The notes below the pieces were generated by a model that was not told the DNA's origin, made no database searches, and saw only the letters and a list, made by a program, of their open reading frames with translations. Both the position numbers and the translations under genes were made by a program. From assembly GCA_965199825.1 (NCBI GenBank), contig OZ241329.1, positions 544,001 to 608,000 on the forward strand: a DNA stretch of 64,000 nt, given 5' to 3'. The stretch comes from Bdellovibrionales bacterium. GTDB lineage: Bacteria; Bdellovibrionota; Bdellovibrionia; Bdellovibrionales; UBA1609. This document shows positions 31,657 to 41,227 of this stretch, one piece after another (the first letter of the stretch is position 1; each line of letters opens with the position of its first letter).

Positions 31657-32469
31657 ACCCGAACAAAAAAGAGTCAGATTGTCTTCAGTATCTGTTCCGC
31701 CCTTTGATTTTGGAATTATATGATGAATATCTAAATGCCGCCGCTGGGTGCAGCGTATTCCATTTTCATCTACATAAGTGCATTGGCTGTGATGTTTGTG
31801 ATGAATCTTTCGCTTTACCGCCATTTTAGAAGCCGCTTTTTCTGGGCACGATTTTTTGAGTGGATCATGTTTGGACAACCACAAATCTACAGCCTCAGTC
31901 AGCACATCTTCAATCGATGCCGCTCGTTTTAATTTCTGACTCATTAAATCTTGAGCACGTTGAAACGCTTTATGCTTTTCTTCGGTGAGCGAAAAAGTGA
32001 TCTGCACGCGTTCGGTCGTGCCCACGCTGCAGTACCTTGATTTTTCCTTCAGCGCTTTTTCAGGATGAGCCTTTGCGATTTCTTTTTCAAGTTGGCGCTT
32101 TGTGCCTTTGGCAATATCGATCCACGTTGGCGCATTTTCTTCAGTGATCACCGAAACCAATCGATTGGCTTTGGAAGCCGAAAGCTCACCGAGTTCCATT
32201 TCTTTTTTGAGTTGTGGCACTTCGGTAAATTTCTTGGCGATCTTATTGTAGATGCTTGCAAGCTCTTCAGACAATTTAAGTTGAGTTGTTGAATATTCAA
32301 ACAATGAGCGACAGCCAAATTGATAATAACTTTTGTTGATCCAAACTTGCTCTAAGGCTTTTAGCAATTCGATTTCGGCTTTGCGATGAGAATCTGCGGC
32401 GCGGACCGCATTCTTGTGAAGAGTGAGATGATCTATAAATGACTCCTGTTTAGAGTAGAAGTGTAACAT
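31618..32469 (-). CDS. HNH endonuclease with DUF222-like N-terminal domain, copy 2
   Basis: Full-length homologue of 20142..20951 (LEQVW.NKSYY.F.C.SLFEYST, RRHLDIHHIIPKS.GG, CSGHHRAHH); the codon aligned with the copy 1 start is ATA at 32436. Confidence 0.85.
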   Translation of the reverse strand: MLHFYSKQESFIDHLTLHKNAVRAADSHRKAEIELLKALEQVWINKSYYQFGCRSLFEYSTTQLKLSEELASIYNKIAKKFTEVPQLKKEMELGELSASKANRLVSVITEENAPTWIDIAKGTKRQLEKEIAKAHPEKALKEKSRYCSVGTTERVQITFSLTEEKHKAFQRAQDLMSQKLKRAASIEDVLTEAVDLWLSKHDPLKKSCPEKAASKMAVKRKIHHKHHSQCTYVDENGIRCTQRRHLDIHHIIPKSKGGTDTEDNLTLFCSGHHRAHHFSDRIQ

Positions 32470-32665
32470 GGGTTTTTAAAATTACGATTTGAGGTAGGCA
32501 TGATCGAAATTAGGGGTAGCGATTTTTGACCGTTCTATCGTTGATAGCGGCCTCTGGACTCACAAGAATAACAAAAAACCTTCAGCGTATGTTCAAAGCC
32601 AAACACAGTCTAAAATTACCGCCAAAAATTCACGTCAATATTTATTTTGAAAAAGTCTAATTTGA

Positions 32666-32810
32666 TTTTGGGCACGATCGCGATAGATAGTCTAAGATAA
32701 CCATTCTGCCATCAGTTCCCATCAATCAAAATTCACCGTAGTTCCGGGCACAATCGCGAATTATGAATCATAAATTCAATCGAGATCCACTTGTATTTTG
32801 GGCACGATGA
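32666..32810 (+). repeat. GGGCACGA-anchored repeats upstream of HNH copy 2
   Basis: TTTTGGGCACGAT at 32666 and 32796; GGGCACAATCGCGA at 32746. Confidence 0.8.
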
Positions 32811-32851
32811 TTCTCTCAACAAAACGCCTCGTCAAAATATACCATCGTTTA

Positions 32852-32926
32852 CCCCATCCCCAACGATCCCAACGACCCCAACGACCCCATCCCCAACGAT
32901 CCCAACGACCCCAACGACCCCAACGA
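32852..32926 (+). repeat. C-rich minisatellite, (Y)CCCAACGA x7 with a 33 bp higher-order duplication
   Basis: 32852-32884 is identical to 32885-32917, followed by one more 9-mer. Confidence 0.92.
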
Positions 32927-33010
32927 CTCCACAACCCCCCAACCCCGCCGCCCAATTCTTCAACACCCCACAAACTTATCGACACTTCTCCCGTCTATTC
33001 AACAATAGGC

Positions 33011-33026
33011 TGGCGCTGATCTTGCT
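33011..33026 (+). promoter_or_regulatory. sigma54 promoter
   Basis: TGGCGCT-GATC-TTGCT. Confidence 0.55.
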
Positions 33027-33037
33027 CAACTCAAGGT

Positions 33038-33613
33038 ATGAGTCACTGCACCACCAGCCTTAAAATGCGTTTGTTTCAAATTAAGGCGATTCTAACCGGT
33101 TTGACCCTTGGCTTTTGTTGCCATGGTGAAGAGCCCTATGCCTATTTGCGCTCAACCAACGATGGGCAAATGGAAATCAATTTGGAGCGCGTTGAGGCTG
33201 CAAGCAGTCGCAATTCAGATCAGTGGATCAAGGGCTATCTTCCCGTCAACGTCACCGCTCGCGACAGTCAATCCCAAGTGACCCAAAAATTTTTGAGTCG
33301 AGGCTTTGAGCAATTTGAAAAAACCCATAAGGAAGAGTTTGCCGCAACAATTCAAACCATAAAGGCCGTCAATCAGACCTCATCCTCAGGCTTATTAGGA
33401 ACTAATGTTCGTTTTGAATTTATGGCTCTTCAAGGTAAAGGGACCTTTGTGCACGATGGTATCGTTCGCACAGCTGTGAGTTTTCAAACTGCTGGGAGCA
33501 CCTCGCAACTTGAATTTAGCAAATACATTATGCCGCATACAAAAGTGAGTTTTATCCAATCTTCAAACTCACTCCAGACACTTTCAAAAATGACTTTGGC
33601 TTACGATTTTTGA
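33038..33613 (+). CDS. exported hypothetical protein, possible small beta-barrel
   Basis: Signal-like segment after the second Met; alternating C-terminal strands ending in YDF. Confidence 0.6.
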   Translation: MSHCTTSLKMRLFQIKAILTGLTLGFCCHGEEPYAYLRSTNDGQMEINLERVEAASSRNSDQWIKGYLPVNVTARDSQSQVTQKFLSRGFEQFEKTHKEEFAATIQTIKAVNQTSSSGLLGTNVRFEFMALQGKGTFVHDGIVRTAVSFQTAGSTSQLEFSKYIMPHTKVSFIQSSNSLQTLSKMTLAYDF

Positions 33614-33680
33614 TCAATTCCGTTTTTTGACAAAAGTGCCATTCTTCGTCACCCCATATGCAATAAGAATCAAAAGCGCG

Positions 33681-33696
33681 TGGCGACCTCATTGCA
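33681..33696 (+). promoter_or_regulatory. sigma54 promoter
   Basis: TGGCGAC-CTCA-TTGCA. Confidence 0.6.
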
Positions 33697-33708
33697 ATCA
33701 AATCAGTC

Positions 33709-34323
33709 ATGATTAAAACAATTCTATTATCGGCTCTTCTGGCGACAACCGCACATGCTGTGGAATCAACAACAACTGTTTACCAACAAGAGACTGTCGC
33801 AATAAAGAAAAATATTTTTGTTCTCGATTTGCTGCCTCTCGCACTCAAAGGGGTGGGACTTTCTTATCAAAGAGAAATCACACCTCAGTGGACTCTTGGT
33901 GCATTTGTAAGCTCTTTTGCTTTAAAGACATCAGATGAACAAAGCATGATTCTCAAATCTGAATTTCAAGAAACAATGTATGGGGGACGCGCGCAGTATT
34001 TTTATACCGGCAATGCTCATAACGGTGGATTTTACGCCACTGGCAGTTTGGGTTTAACCACCGCGAAGCAAAGCGCTACTTACTTTTCAATTCAAGGAGC
34101 TCCAACAACAGTTACCGACTTTTTGTATCGCGTAGGAACAGGCTACCAAGGCCGGCTAAGTGAAATCTCGGACAGCATCGATCTCACTTGGAATATTGGG
34201 GCGATGTATGGTCATGGCTACGAATATAAAACTCAAGTGAGCTATTCGAATGGTAATCCAAACAATGACTTTAATCTGCGTGACGGACTATTTTTTGAAT
34301 TGGGATTAGGCCTACTTTTTTAA
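33709..34323 (+). CDS. outer-membrane beta-barrel protein (DUF3575-like)
   Basis: Signal peptide (AHA), amphipathic strands, terminal Phe. Confidence 0.75.
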   Translation: MIKTILLSALLATTAHAVESTTTVYQQETVAIKKNIFVLDLLPLALKGVGLSYQREITPQWTLGAFVSSFALKTSDEQSMILKSEFQETMYGGRAQYFYTGNAHNGGFYATGSLGLTTAKQSATYFSIQGAPTTVTDFLYRVGTGYQGRLSEISDSIDLTWNIGAMYGHGYEYKTQVSYSNGNPNNDFNLRDGLFFELGLGLLF

Positions 34324-35547
34324 TTTGCCGATATCCGTTCGCATCTGACACCCCGGCCAGCTTGCCATTTGTGAACGATGGTAGGCCTGCTCTAGAGCTT
34401 CGCCCACATTCAAACCCAATCCGATTGCATTCAAGACCCTTCCTCCTGCAACCACATATTTGCCATTTTTTAATGATGTGCCCGCGTGAAGCCAATAATT
34501 TTTTGGCTCTTCAGAAATAAAGTCGCCATCAATCTCTACGTCTTTAATTGGATGATCCGGATAGCCCTTGGCCGCCAATACCACACACGCAGAAGCCTCA
34601 TTTTTCCATTTTAAAGGTTTGATAATTCCACTGGCCACATCCAAAAAAACCTGACCCCAATCTCCTTCGAGCAAAGGTAAAATCACCTGAGTTTCTGGAT
34701 CGCCAAAACGCACATTGTATTCAAGAACACTCGGGCCATGATCGGTGATCATCAAACCCAAAAATAAAACTCCATTATAAATTTCACCATTTTTGGCGAG
34801 CTGATCCACAGTTGGCTTTAATATTTTTTGATGAATCTGATTTTCAAGATCACGATCAATGGCGATTGGAGCAACCGTTCCCATCCCCCCGGTATTTAGA
34901 CCCTGATCGCCATTGCTTAGGCGTTTGTGATCTTGAGCCAAAGGCAAGGATTCATAACTGTGACCATTAGTTAAGATCAGATAACTTAATTCATATCCAG
35001 CTTGATGCTGCTCAAGCAAAGCCCGAGCACCTGCTGGCCCAAGTATTTTTTGATCAAACAATTGCTCTGCAGCCTTAATCAGACTTTGTTTATCTGGTAA
35101 AATAAAAACACCTTTACCAGCAGCAAGTCCATCGGCTTTAAGAACATAAGGTGGTGTAAATAAATCCAATTTATCTAAAATATCCGCTGTACTTTGCACA
35201 ACCTCAAAATAAGCGGTGGGCACCTGCGCTCGAAGCATAAATTGTTTTGCCACGATTTTGCTTGCCTCAAGCTCGGCCAGTTTTTGGTTTGGTCCAAAAA
35301 CTTTTAGGCCACAAGACCGCAACTGATCGGCAAGGCCATCGGCCAAAGGATTTTCGGGGCCAATGACTACGCAATCCACATTGAGTGATTTTATCTTTTC
35401 CACATAAAGCGAGCTTTCAAGATTTAGAAAGCACTCGGCCTCTTGAGCCATCCCTGCATTACCCGGAAACACAAATATTTGATGAGCTGAGAGGGCTCGC
35501 ACAATCGCATGTTCTCGGCCCCCAGAGCCAATTATCGCAAATTTCAT
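34312..35547 (-). CDS. purD: phosphoribosylamine-glycine ligase
   Basis: IGSGGREHA, KADGLAAGKGV, NTGGMG, RFGDPETQ. Confidence 0.97.
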   Translation of the reverse strand: MKFAIIGSGGREHAIVRALSAHQIFVFPGNAGMAQEAECFLNLESSLYVEKIKSLNVDCVVIGPENPLADGLADQLRSCGLKVFGPNQKLAELEASKIVAKQFMLRAQVPTAYFEVVQSTADILDKLDLFTPPYVLKADGLAAGKGVFILPDKQSLIKAAEQLFDQKILGPAGARALLEQHQAGYELSYLILTNGHSYESLPLAQDHKRLSNGDQGLNTGGMGTVAPIAIDRDLENQIHQKILKPTVDQLAKNGEIYNGVLFLGLMITDHGPSVLEYNVRFGDPETQVILPLLEGDWGQVFLDVASGIIKPLKWKNEASACVVLAAKGYPDHPIKDVEIDGDFISEEPKNYWLHAGTSLKNGKYVVAGGRVLNAIGLGLNVGEALEQAYHRSQMASWPGCQMRTDIGKLKK

Positions 35548-35553
35548 GGGCTC

Positions 35554-35611
35554 AAACTAAAAGCGTCATTCAGGCATGTCAATTGACCTCGTCTAAAGAT
35601 GACCGTACGCT
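35554..35611. promoter_or_regulatory. back-to-back sigma70 promoters for purD and the SDR gene
   Basis: Minus strand TTGACA(35582-35577)-N17-TAGTTT; plus strand TTGACC(35583)-N17-TACGCT; each -10 lies 6 nt from an ATG. Confidence 0.75.
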
Positions 35612-35617
35612 TTTGTA

Positions 35618-36367
35618 ATGGCTCAAGAATCTTCGCTAAAATTAAGTGATAAAACTATCGTCATTTCGGCTCCCTTTACCAATCTCACTTGCGCAATTAT
35701 GACAACTCTCACCGGTCACGGTGCGGACTGCGCCCTGATTACCGAAAAGGCAAACGAGGCTCGGCATTTTTGCGAAAATTTATCTGACTCTCGCGAGATC
35801 AACGAAAACCACGGTCGCGCCATGGCCATCGAGGCCCAAAATGCTGACCAGGTGATCGAAGGCATGTCCCGGAGTGCCGAGGCCTTTGGTGGGCTAGATG
35901 TCTTTATTGATGGCCACTTTATTTTTCCAAGTGGACGCTTTCAGGATTTTAATATGCTCGAAGAGGGCCGCCAATTGATCGAGCGCTCTCTATTTTCGAG
36001 TATGGCAACCGCACAAAATGCACTTAAATTTTTAGAAGGGCGCACCAAGGGACGTTTGATCTTTTTGGTTCCTGATCAAACTCAACTTCCAGGTGAGAGC
36101 TTATCGGCTTGCCTGCGCTCGGGCCTCAAAAGTTTTGTCGAAATTTTGAATCAAGAATTGAGCAGCAAACATGTGCAGGCCCATTGCTTGTCGGTAGGAC
36201 TAACCGAAGAATATTTGATCAAAAAATTTCCTAAATCCCCAAGCGTAAAGCTTGCACTCGAAGAATTTAAAAAAATCGACCCCAGTGCAAAATTGCAAGA
36301 GCCCACCGATATTGCCAATGCGCTGGCATTTTTATCGAGCCCGTTGAGCCAAGGCTTTCACTTTTAA
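35618..36367 (+). CDS. atypical short-chain dehydrogenase-like protein
   Basis: KTIVIS, FGGLDVFI and EPTDIANALAFLSSP match the SDR scaffold; Gly-rich and YxxxK motifs not evident. Confidence 0.65.
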   Translation: MAQESSLKLSDKTIVISAPFTNLTCAIMTTLTGHGADCALITEKANEARHFCENLSDSREINENHGRAMAIEAQNADQVIEGMSRSAEAFGGLDVFIDGHFIFPSGRFQDFNMLEEGRQLIERSLFSSMATAQNALKFLEGRTKGRLIFLVPDQTQLPGESLSACLRSGLKSFVEILNQELSSKHVQAHCLSVGLTEEYLIKKFPKSPSVKLALEEFKKIDPSAKLQEPTDIANALAFLSSPLSQGFHF

Positions 36368-36768
36368 TCTAAAAAATATTCTTTTTCATTCGACGCTGGA
36401 ACTCGGCACGTTTCAAGCTGACCAAAAATGCTGTAGCGGTTTGAAGCCACCGAATCGTAAAACTTGATCTGTAAAAATGGCGGCACAAATTGAGCCGCCT
36501 GAGCGAGCAGTCCGCTCAATCCACCAAGGCGTTTTAAAATTTCTCTAGCCGCCTCGGCTTTGATCAAAATTTGACCCTGATCATAAAAAACAACGGTCGA
36601 AAGATCTTTGATCAAAGCGGGATCCAAATGTTTTTTTGCGGCTTCACCTTGAAGGGGTGCAAATAAAAATTGGTGATCACGGTCTCGATTAAAAACATAG
36701 CTCACAAAGTGATCACACAACCCGCAGACCCCATCAAAAAAAATGATTGGCTTAGAGTTTTTTGTCAG
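36364..36768 (-). CDS. DCC1-like thiol-disulfide oxidoreductase
   Basis: In-frame extension upstream of the called TTG gives PIIFFDGVCGLC; FAPLQ and YDSVASNRY motifs. Confidence 0.8.
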   Translation of the reverse strand: MTKNSKPIIFFDGVCGLCDHFVSYVFNRDRDHQFLFAPLQGEAAKKHLDPALIKDLSTVVFYDQGQILIKAEAAREILKRLGGLSGLLAQAAQFVPPFLQIKFYDSVASNRYSIFGQLETCRVPASNEKEYFLD

Positions 36769-38068
36769 AAAAAATCTTTTCGGCTAAGGTAAACTGTTCT
36801 GGTTTAACATAGAGTCGATCAATCCGGCGAATCTGCTCATAGTTTTTAAAAATTTCGGTGCTTTTTTGAATCGGATAGGGTTTTGCTCTTGGATCATATT
36901 GATCAACCACAAAGATTTCGATCGATCGCTCCTCTGGGGTGGGCGTGTGGTACTTACTTAATCGCGCCATGGAGCTTGCCAAAACCACATCAACACCTTC
37001 GCCCTCCAAGATTTTGCAAGCCTCCTCGGAGCGATCGCTTTCTTTGAGCGAGTGGAGTTCAAACAGCATGCGGTAAGGCTGGCGATCGGCAATGCGCTTG
37101 GCCCATTCATTCGATTGATGGCTTAAGTGTTCATACAAAGCATAATCGGTGCAGTGGATGTACTCTTCAATATTTGAAGGTAGTCGAAATTGACAATCGG
37201 GAGAAGCAAGATATCTGGTTAAAAGCTCTTCATAAATAATACTTTTATGATGGAAATAAACCATCAAGTGCATGTGATGACGAGACAACAAAAAATCATC
37301 AAAAGTATATAGAGCTCTGCGGTTGAGTGCGAGATGAAGATCACTCCCCACCTGGTGGGTCGTCATATTGGCAATCAACCAATCAAGTTCGACACGCCCA
37401 TAATTTGTTCCGCAAAAATAAGCATCGCGTTCGAGATAGTCCATGCGGTCGACATCCATTTCGGATGAAACAATTTGCGACAACACATTTCGAAAATTGA
37501 TTGATTGATGCTCAAAAAAATCATCAGGACACAAAAGAGTTTTGTCGATTAAGCACGCGATATGCAGTGGTGAAATATCAGGAAAATTTGTTTTGAGGGT
37601 TTGGGTGAGCGACGATTCGGTAATAAATTTGATGGTGTAATCTTCATGATTGGCCCGACGTTGAAGCGTGTCGTTGGGTACCACAAATTTCAAATCCATT
37701 CTTCGATTTTTGTAAGCATTGACGTTGAGATCCGAAAGCATGGGCATCACATCTTCGGTGGTATGGCTCAGTGGCCCGTGACCAATATCGTGGAGTAAAG
37801 CCGCAAGTCGAACCGCTTGCCTCATTCGCGCTTTAAAATGAACATCGGCAAATGGATAATTTTTAAAGATCGAGTCAAAAGCCTTACCAGCCAGGTGGCA
37901 AACCCCAATGGAATGCAAATACCGATTGTGTGTGGCACCGGGATAACTAAACTCAGAAAATCCAAGTTGTTTAATCGCACGTAGGCGCTGATAGGGCTTG
38001 GAATCCAGGATGGCCACCTCGCCATCGGACACATCAATTGCACTATGAACAGGGTCACGAATATCCAT
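36752..38068 (-). CDS. HD-domain phosphohydrolase (SAMHD1/YwfO-like)
   Basis: [37 protein letters not shown]. Confidence 0.9.
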   Translation of the reverse strand: MDIRDPVHSAIDVSDGEVAILDSKPYQRLRAIKQLGFSEFSYPGATHNRYLHSIGVCHLAGKAFDSIFKNYPFADVHFKARMRQAVRLAALLHDIGHGPLSHTTEDVMPMLSDLNVNAYKNRRMDLKFVVPNDTLQRRANHEDYTIKFITESSLTQTLKTNFPDISPLHIACLIDKTLLCPDDFFEHQSINFRNVLSQIVSSEMDVDRMDYLERDAYFCGTNYGRVELDWLIANMTTHQVGSDLHLALNRRALYTFDDFLLSRHHMHLMVYFHHKSIIYEELLTRYLASPDCQFRLPSNIEEYIHCTDYALYEHLSHQSNEWAKRIADRQPYRMLFELHSLKESDRSEEACKILEGEGVDVVLASSMARLSKYHTPTPEERSIEIFVVDQYDPRAKPYPIQKSTEIFKNYEQIRRIDRLYVKPEQFTLAEKIFSDKKL

Positions 38069-38105
38069 TTGTTCTCACCTTACTTTAAGTGCTAACTTTT
38101 CAAAA

Positions 38106-38900
38106 ATGAAAATCTACCATCAACTTCTTGAACACATCTTAGAATGTGGTGTTAAAAAAGAAGATCGCACCGGCACCGGCACGTTGAGTGTTTTTGGATA
38201 TCAAATGCGTTTTGATCTTTCGAAAGGCTTTCCACTGGTCACCACAAAAAAATGTCATATGCGCTCAATTGTGCACGAGCTTCTGTGGTTTTTAAAGGGC
38301 GACACCAATATTCAGTACCTAAAAGAAAATAAAGTTTCGATCTGGGATGAGTGGGCCGATCAAGACGGAAACCTTGGCCGAGTTTATGGAGCTCAGTGGC
38401 GTTCGTGGCAAACCGCCAACGGCCAATCGATCGATCAAATATCCAAAGTCATCGAGCAAATAAAAAACCAACCCGATTCAAGACGCCTATTGGTGGTGGC
38501 ATTTAATCCAGGCGAAGTTGACCAGATGGCTCTTCCTCCTTGCCACGCCTTTTTCCAGTTTTACGTGGCTCAAGGAAAACTCTCCTGCCAAATGTATCAA
38601 CGAAGTGCCGATGTCTTCTTAGGAGTTCCTTTTAATATTGCAAGCTATGCTCTTCTCACCATGATGATCGCCCAAGTTTGTGGTCTCGAGGCTGGAGATT
38701 TTATCCACACTCTAGGTGATGCGCACCTCTACTCCAATCATATGGAGCAAGCTCAACTACAACTCAGTCGCGAGCTTCGCCCACTCCCCCAAATGAAGAT
38801 TAACCCAGAAGTAAAAAACATTTTTGAATTTAAGTACGAAGATTTTGAATTGGTGGGTTACGATCCACACCCGGCAATTAAAGCCCCTGTGGCGATCTAA
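38106..38900 (+). CDS. thyA: thymidylate synthase
   Basis: [30 protein letters not shown]. Confidence 0.98.
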   Translation: MKIYHQLLEHILECGVKKEDRTGTGTLSVFGYQMRFDLSKGFPLVTTKKCHMRSIVHELLWFLKGDTNIQYLKENKVSIWDEWADQDGNLGRVYGAQWRSWQTANGQSIDQISKVIEQIKNQPDSRRLLVVAFNPGEVDQMALPPCHAFFQFYVAQGKLSCQMYQRSADVFLGVPFNIASYALLTMMIAQVCGLEAGDFIHTLGDAHLYSNHMEQAQLQLSRELRPLPQMKINPEVKNIFEFKYEDFELVGYDPHPAIKAPVAI

Positions 38901-39453
38901 ACAAAAGAACTTTGCATTTTTCAGTCCGCACATCAATCACGTGATCGATGGTAGATCGGGTCGGGCCATCAAGCTGATCCATCAAATTTGAGTGATCGAG
39001 GACGATCAGGATCGATGCTTCAGACATATTCTCTTTTAATCTGGTAACCCAATGGGCTTCGTAAGGGCTTGGGATTTCATCATAAAAAATAATCTTGTTG
39101 TTCATGCTCTCGACCATGAGCTCAAAGTAATTTACTGCTGACACGGCTTGATTTATTAACCAGCCCCAGCTGTCCCCTGTTTCGGAGGTGAGCATTTTCA
39201 AAAACTGCCCAACCGCATAACGGTTGTTTTCGTTTTTATTAGCTGCAATCCAAATCAATTCGGGTTCAATCTTCTCCGCTTCGCCAATATCTCTAAGGCG
39301 TTGATGGAGTTGTAAAACAATGTCGACCTGATTTTTGTATTGTTCAGCAGGTTGATGGACCATTGCGAGATCATCAAAAAGTTCATTCAAATTGATTGGC
39401 ATCGCACTGCCAATTTGAATAAATAAAATAAGTTGGATAAATATAAGAATCAA
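38878..39453 (-). CDS. secreted hypothetical protein
   Basis: 191 aa ORF with a hydrophobic N-terminus; no recognised family. Confidence 0.6.
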   Translation of the reverse strand: MILIFIQLILFIQIGSAMPINLNELFDDLAMVHQPAEQYKNQVDIVLQLHQRLRDIGEAEKIEPELIWIAANKNENNRYAVGQFLKMLTSETGDSWGWLINQAVSAVNYFELMVESMNNKIIFYDEIPSPYEAHWVTRLKENMSEASILIVLDHSNLMDQLDGPTRSTIDHVIDVRTEKCKVLLFRSPQGL

Positions 39454-39465
39454 AAGGAACTCGAC

Positions 39466-40041
39466 TTAAACGCGGCGACTCAACATCGCCTTGGCTTGCA
39501 CCTTTGATTTTTTAATTCCTTCAAGCTCATTGATTTGCTGAAAATCTTTTTCGCCCAAGGTCCCGCGGCTCACAATCGTACGTGTAAAGGGACGATGATC
39601 CCAAAACTTTTCGCGCTTTTGACCCGACCGTGTCCATCGATTTTTACCGGCGATCGCCATCGCGATTGCACTAGTCACCGCACGAATAAAAGGAGTATAG
39701 TTCGAGCTTTTTTTGATCTGAACATGAAAGTGGAGATGGTTACCAACATTGACCAAAGATTTAATTTTGATTCCGTAGCGATCAGAAAACTTCGCTACAA
39801 TGAGCTCGATCGCCTCTTTATTCTTTTTGCGTAAGAAGGACATGTCGCCAGTTGCGCGCGACGATCGCAGCACAAGGTGCATCGCATTTTTAGTATCAAC
39901 AGGACGTGGCTTAAGACGACCCTTGCGGCTTTTAAAAAGTTCGCCCCCGTAAGCGCGTTCTTTTGTTTTATATAAAGTTTTTTGTTCCATCGCGAGCGAA
40001 GGTATAGGAGCGGCTTTGCGAACGCAAACCTTTTTCTCCAC
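39466..40041 (-). CDS. HUH/Y1 (IS200/RAYT-like) transposase-family protein, catalytic Tyr apparently replaced by Phe
   Basis: HLVLRS, NVGNHLH, FW..PFTR; DFQQIN where the paralogue has DYIIAN. Confidence 0.75.
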   Translation of the reverse strand: MEKKVCVRKAAPIPSLAMEQKTLYKTKERAYGGELFKSRKGRLKPRPVDTKNAMHLVLRSSRATGDMSFLRKKNKEAIELIVAKFSDRYGIKIKSLVNVGNHLHFHVQIKKSSNYTPFIRAVTSAIAMAIAGKNRWTRSGQKREKFWDHRPFTRTIVSRGTLGEKDFQQINELEGIKKSKVQAKAMLSRRV

Positions 40042-40076
40042 TCGACAAGTTTTCTTTAGTGAGCTAATTCAAACCA

Positions 40077-40568
40077 ATGATTCTTTCTCACATGGTCGCA
40101 GCATCACGTAATAATGTTATAGGTAAAGATAACGATCTTCCATGGCATATTCCCGAAGATCTGCGCTACTTTCGTGAAAAGACAAAACACAAAGCATTGA
40201 TCATGGGTCGCAAAACCTTTGATTCGGTTGAGCACCCACTGCCACATCGATTGAATGTGGTCATCACCCGAAATCAAAACTACAAACCCGATGGATGCCA
40301 TTGCGTACAAAATTTGGATCAAGCGATTTCAATTTGTAAAAATCAAATTTCAAAATACGGCGAAGAAATTTTTATTATCGGCGGCGGCCAAATTTTTCGC
40401 GAAACGATTGATCTTGTCGATCGAATTTATTTAACTCGCATCCATCGCGATTATGACGGCGATATTTTTTATCCTGAATTTGACGAATCAAAATTTACGC
40501 TCGTTAGTCGAGTCGACCGGACCGAACCCGAGCCCTTCTCGTTCCTGGTGTATCACCGCCGCATTTGA
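40077..40568 (+). CDS. folA: dihydrofolate reductase
   Basis: IG..NDLPWHIPEDL, IMGRKTF, IIGGGQIF. Confidence 0.96.
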   Translation: MILSHMVAASRNNVIGKDNDLPWHIPEDLRYFREKTKHKALIMGRKTFDSVEHPLPHRLNVVITRNQNYKPDGCHCVQNLDQAISICKNQISKYGEEIFIIGGGQIFRETIDLVDRIYLTRIHRDYDGDIFYPEFDESKFTLVSRVDRTEPEPFSFLVYHRRI

Positions 40569-40723
40569 GGACTTGAGATAAGTAAAACTTAAGTCCGGTA
40601 TAAATAATGAGCGCATTGTCAATTACAAAAGCTTCACAGGTTCTTCAAACTAGTTCCATGATGGTGCTTTATCTTGATAAAAGAAGTAAGACTTCTTAAC
40701 AACAAATTCAGTAGGAGAGGCGA

Positions 40724-41227
40724 ATGAGCGCAAGTGTTCACGAAGGAACCCAAGACATTTTGAAATTGGGCCCAAATATGAGCTCAGAATTTAACGACTA
40801 TCTTGAGTTTTATTCTGAAGTCCTGCAGGGCGAGGCTGTTAAAAAAGTCATTATTGTCGAAGACGATGCCTTTAGCCAAAAGATCTTAGAGAACACCATT
40901 TACGCTTACAATCCTGATCTCTACTGCTTTTTTGCCAAAAACGAAGAAGAGACCTTAAACATTCTAGAACACTACAAGTGCCAACTGGTGATTGCCGATT
41001 ACTTTTTAGAAGGAAATAAAACTGGTTTAGACGTCTGCAATGATGTTCGAGAACTTTATCCCGATACAAAGTGTATTATCGTATCTAAAATTGGCCGCGA
41101 ACAATTTAAAGAGCTCGCGGGTCGGTCGCTGATGTCGCCACCACCATTTATCGAAAAACCAGTCAAAATTAATTTAATGCAAGAAATGCTAAACGTCATA
41201 TTTGGAGGGGTCAAAAATGCCTACTGA
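40724..41227 (+). CDS. stand-alone response regulator receiver
   Basis: IIVEDD, IADYFL, FIEKP. Confidence 0.85.
   Translation: MSASVHEGTQDILKLGPNMSSEFNDYLEFYSEVLQGEAVKKVIIVEDDAFSQKILENTIYAYNPDLYCFFAKNEEETLNILEHYKCQLVIADYFLEGNKTGLDVCNDVRELYPDTKCIIVSKIGREQFKELAGRSLMSPPPFIEKPVKINLMQEMLNVIFGGVKNAY

Noticed and set aside
32776..33063. Short ORFs with PTT, PQR or WGR repeats
   Set aside because: They are translations of the 9 bp minisatellite in several frames, with no independent coding evidence.
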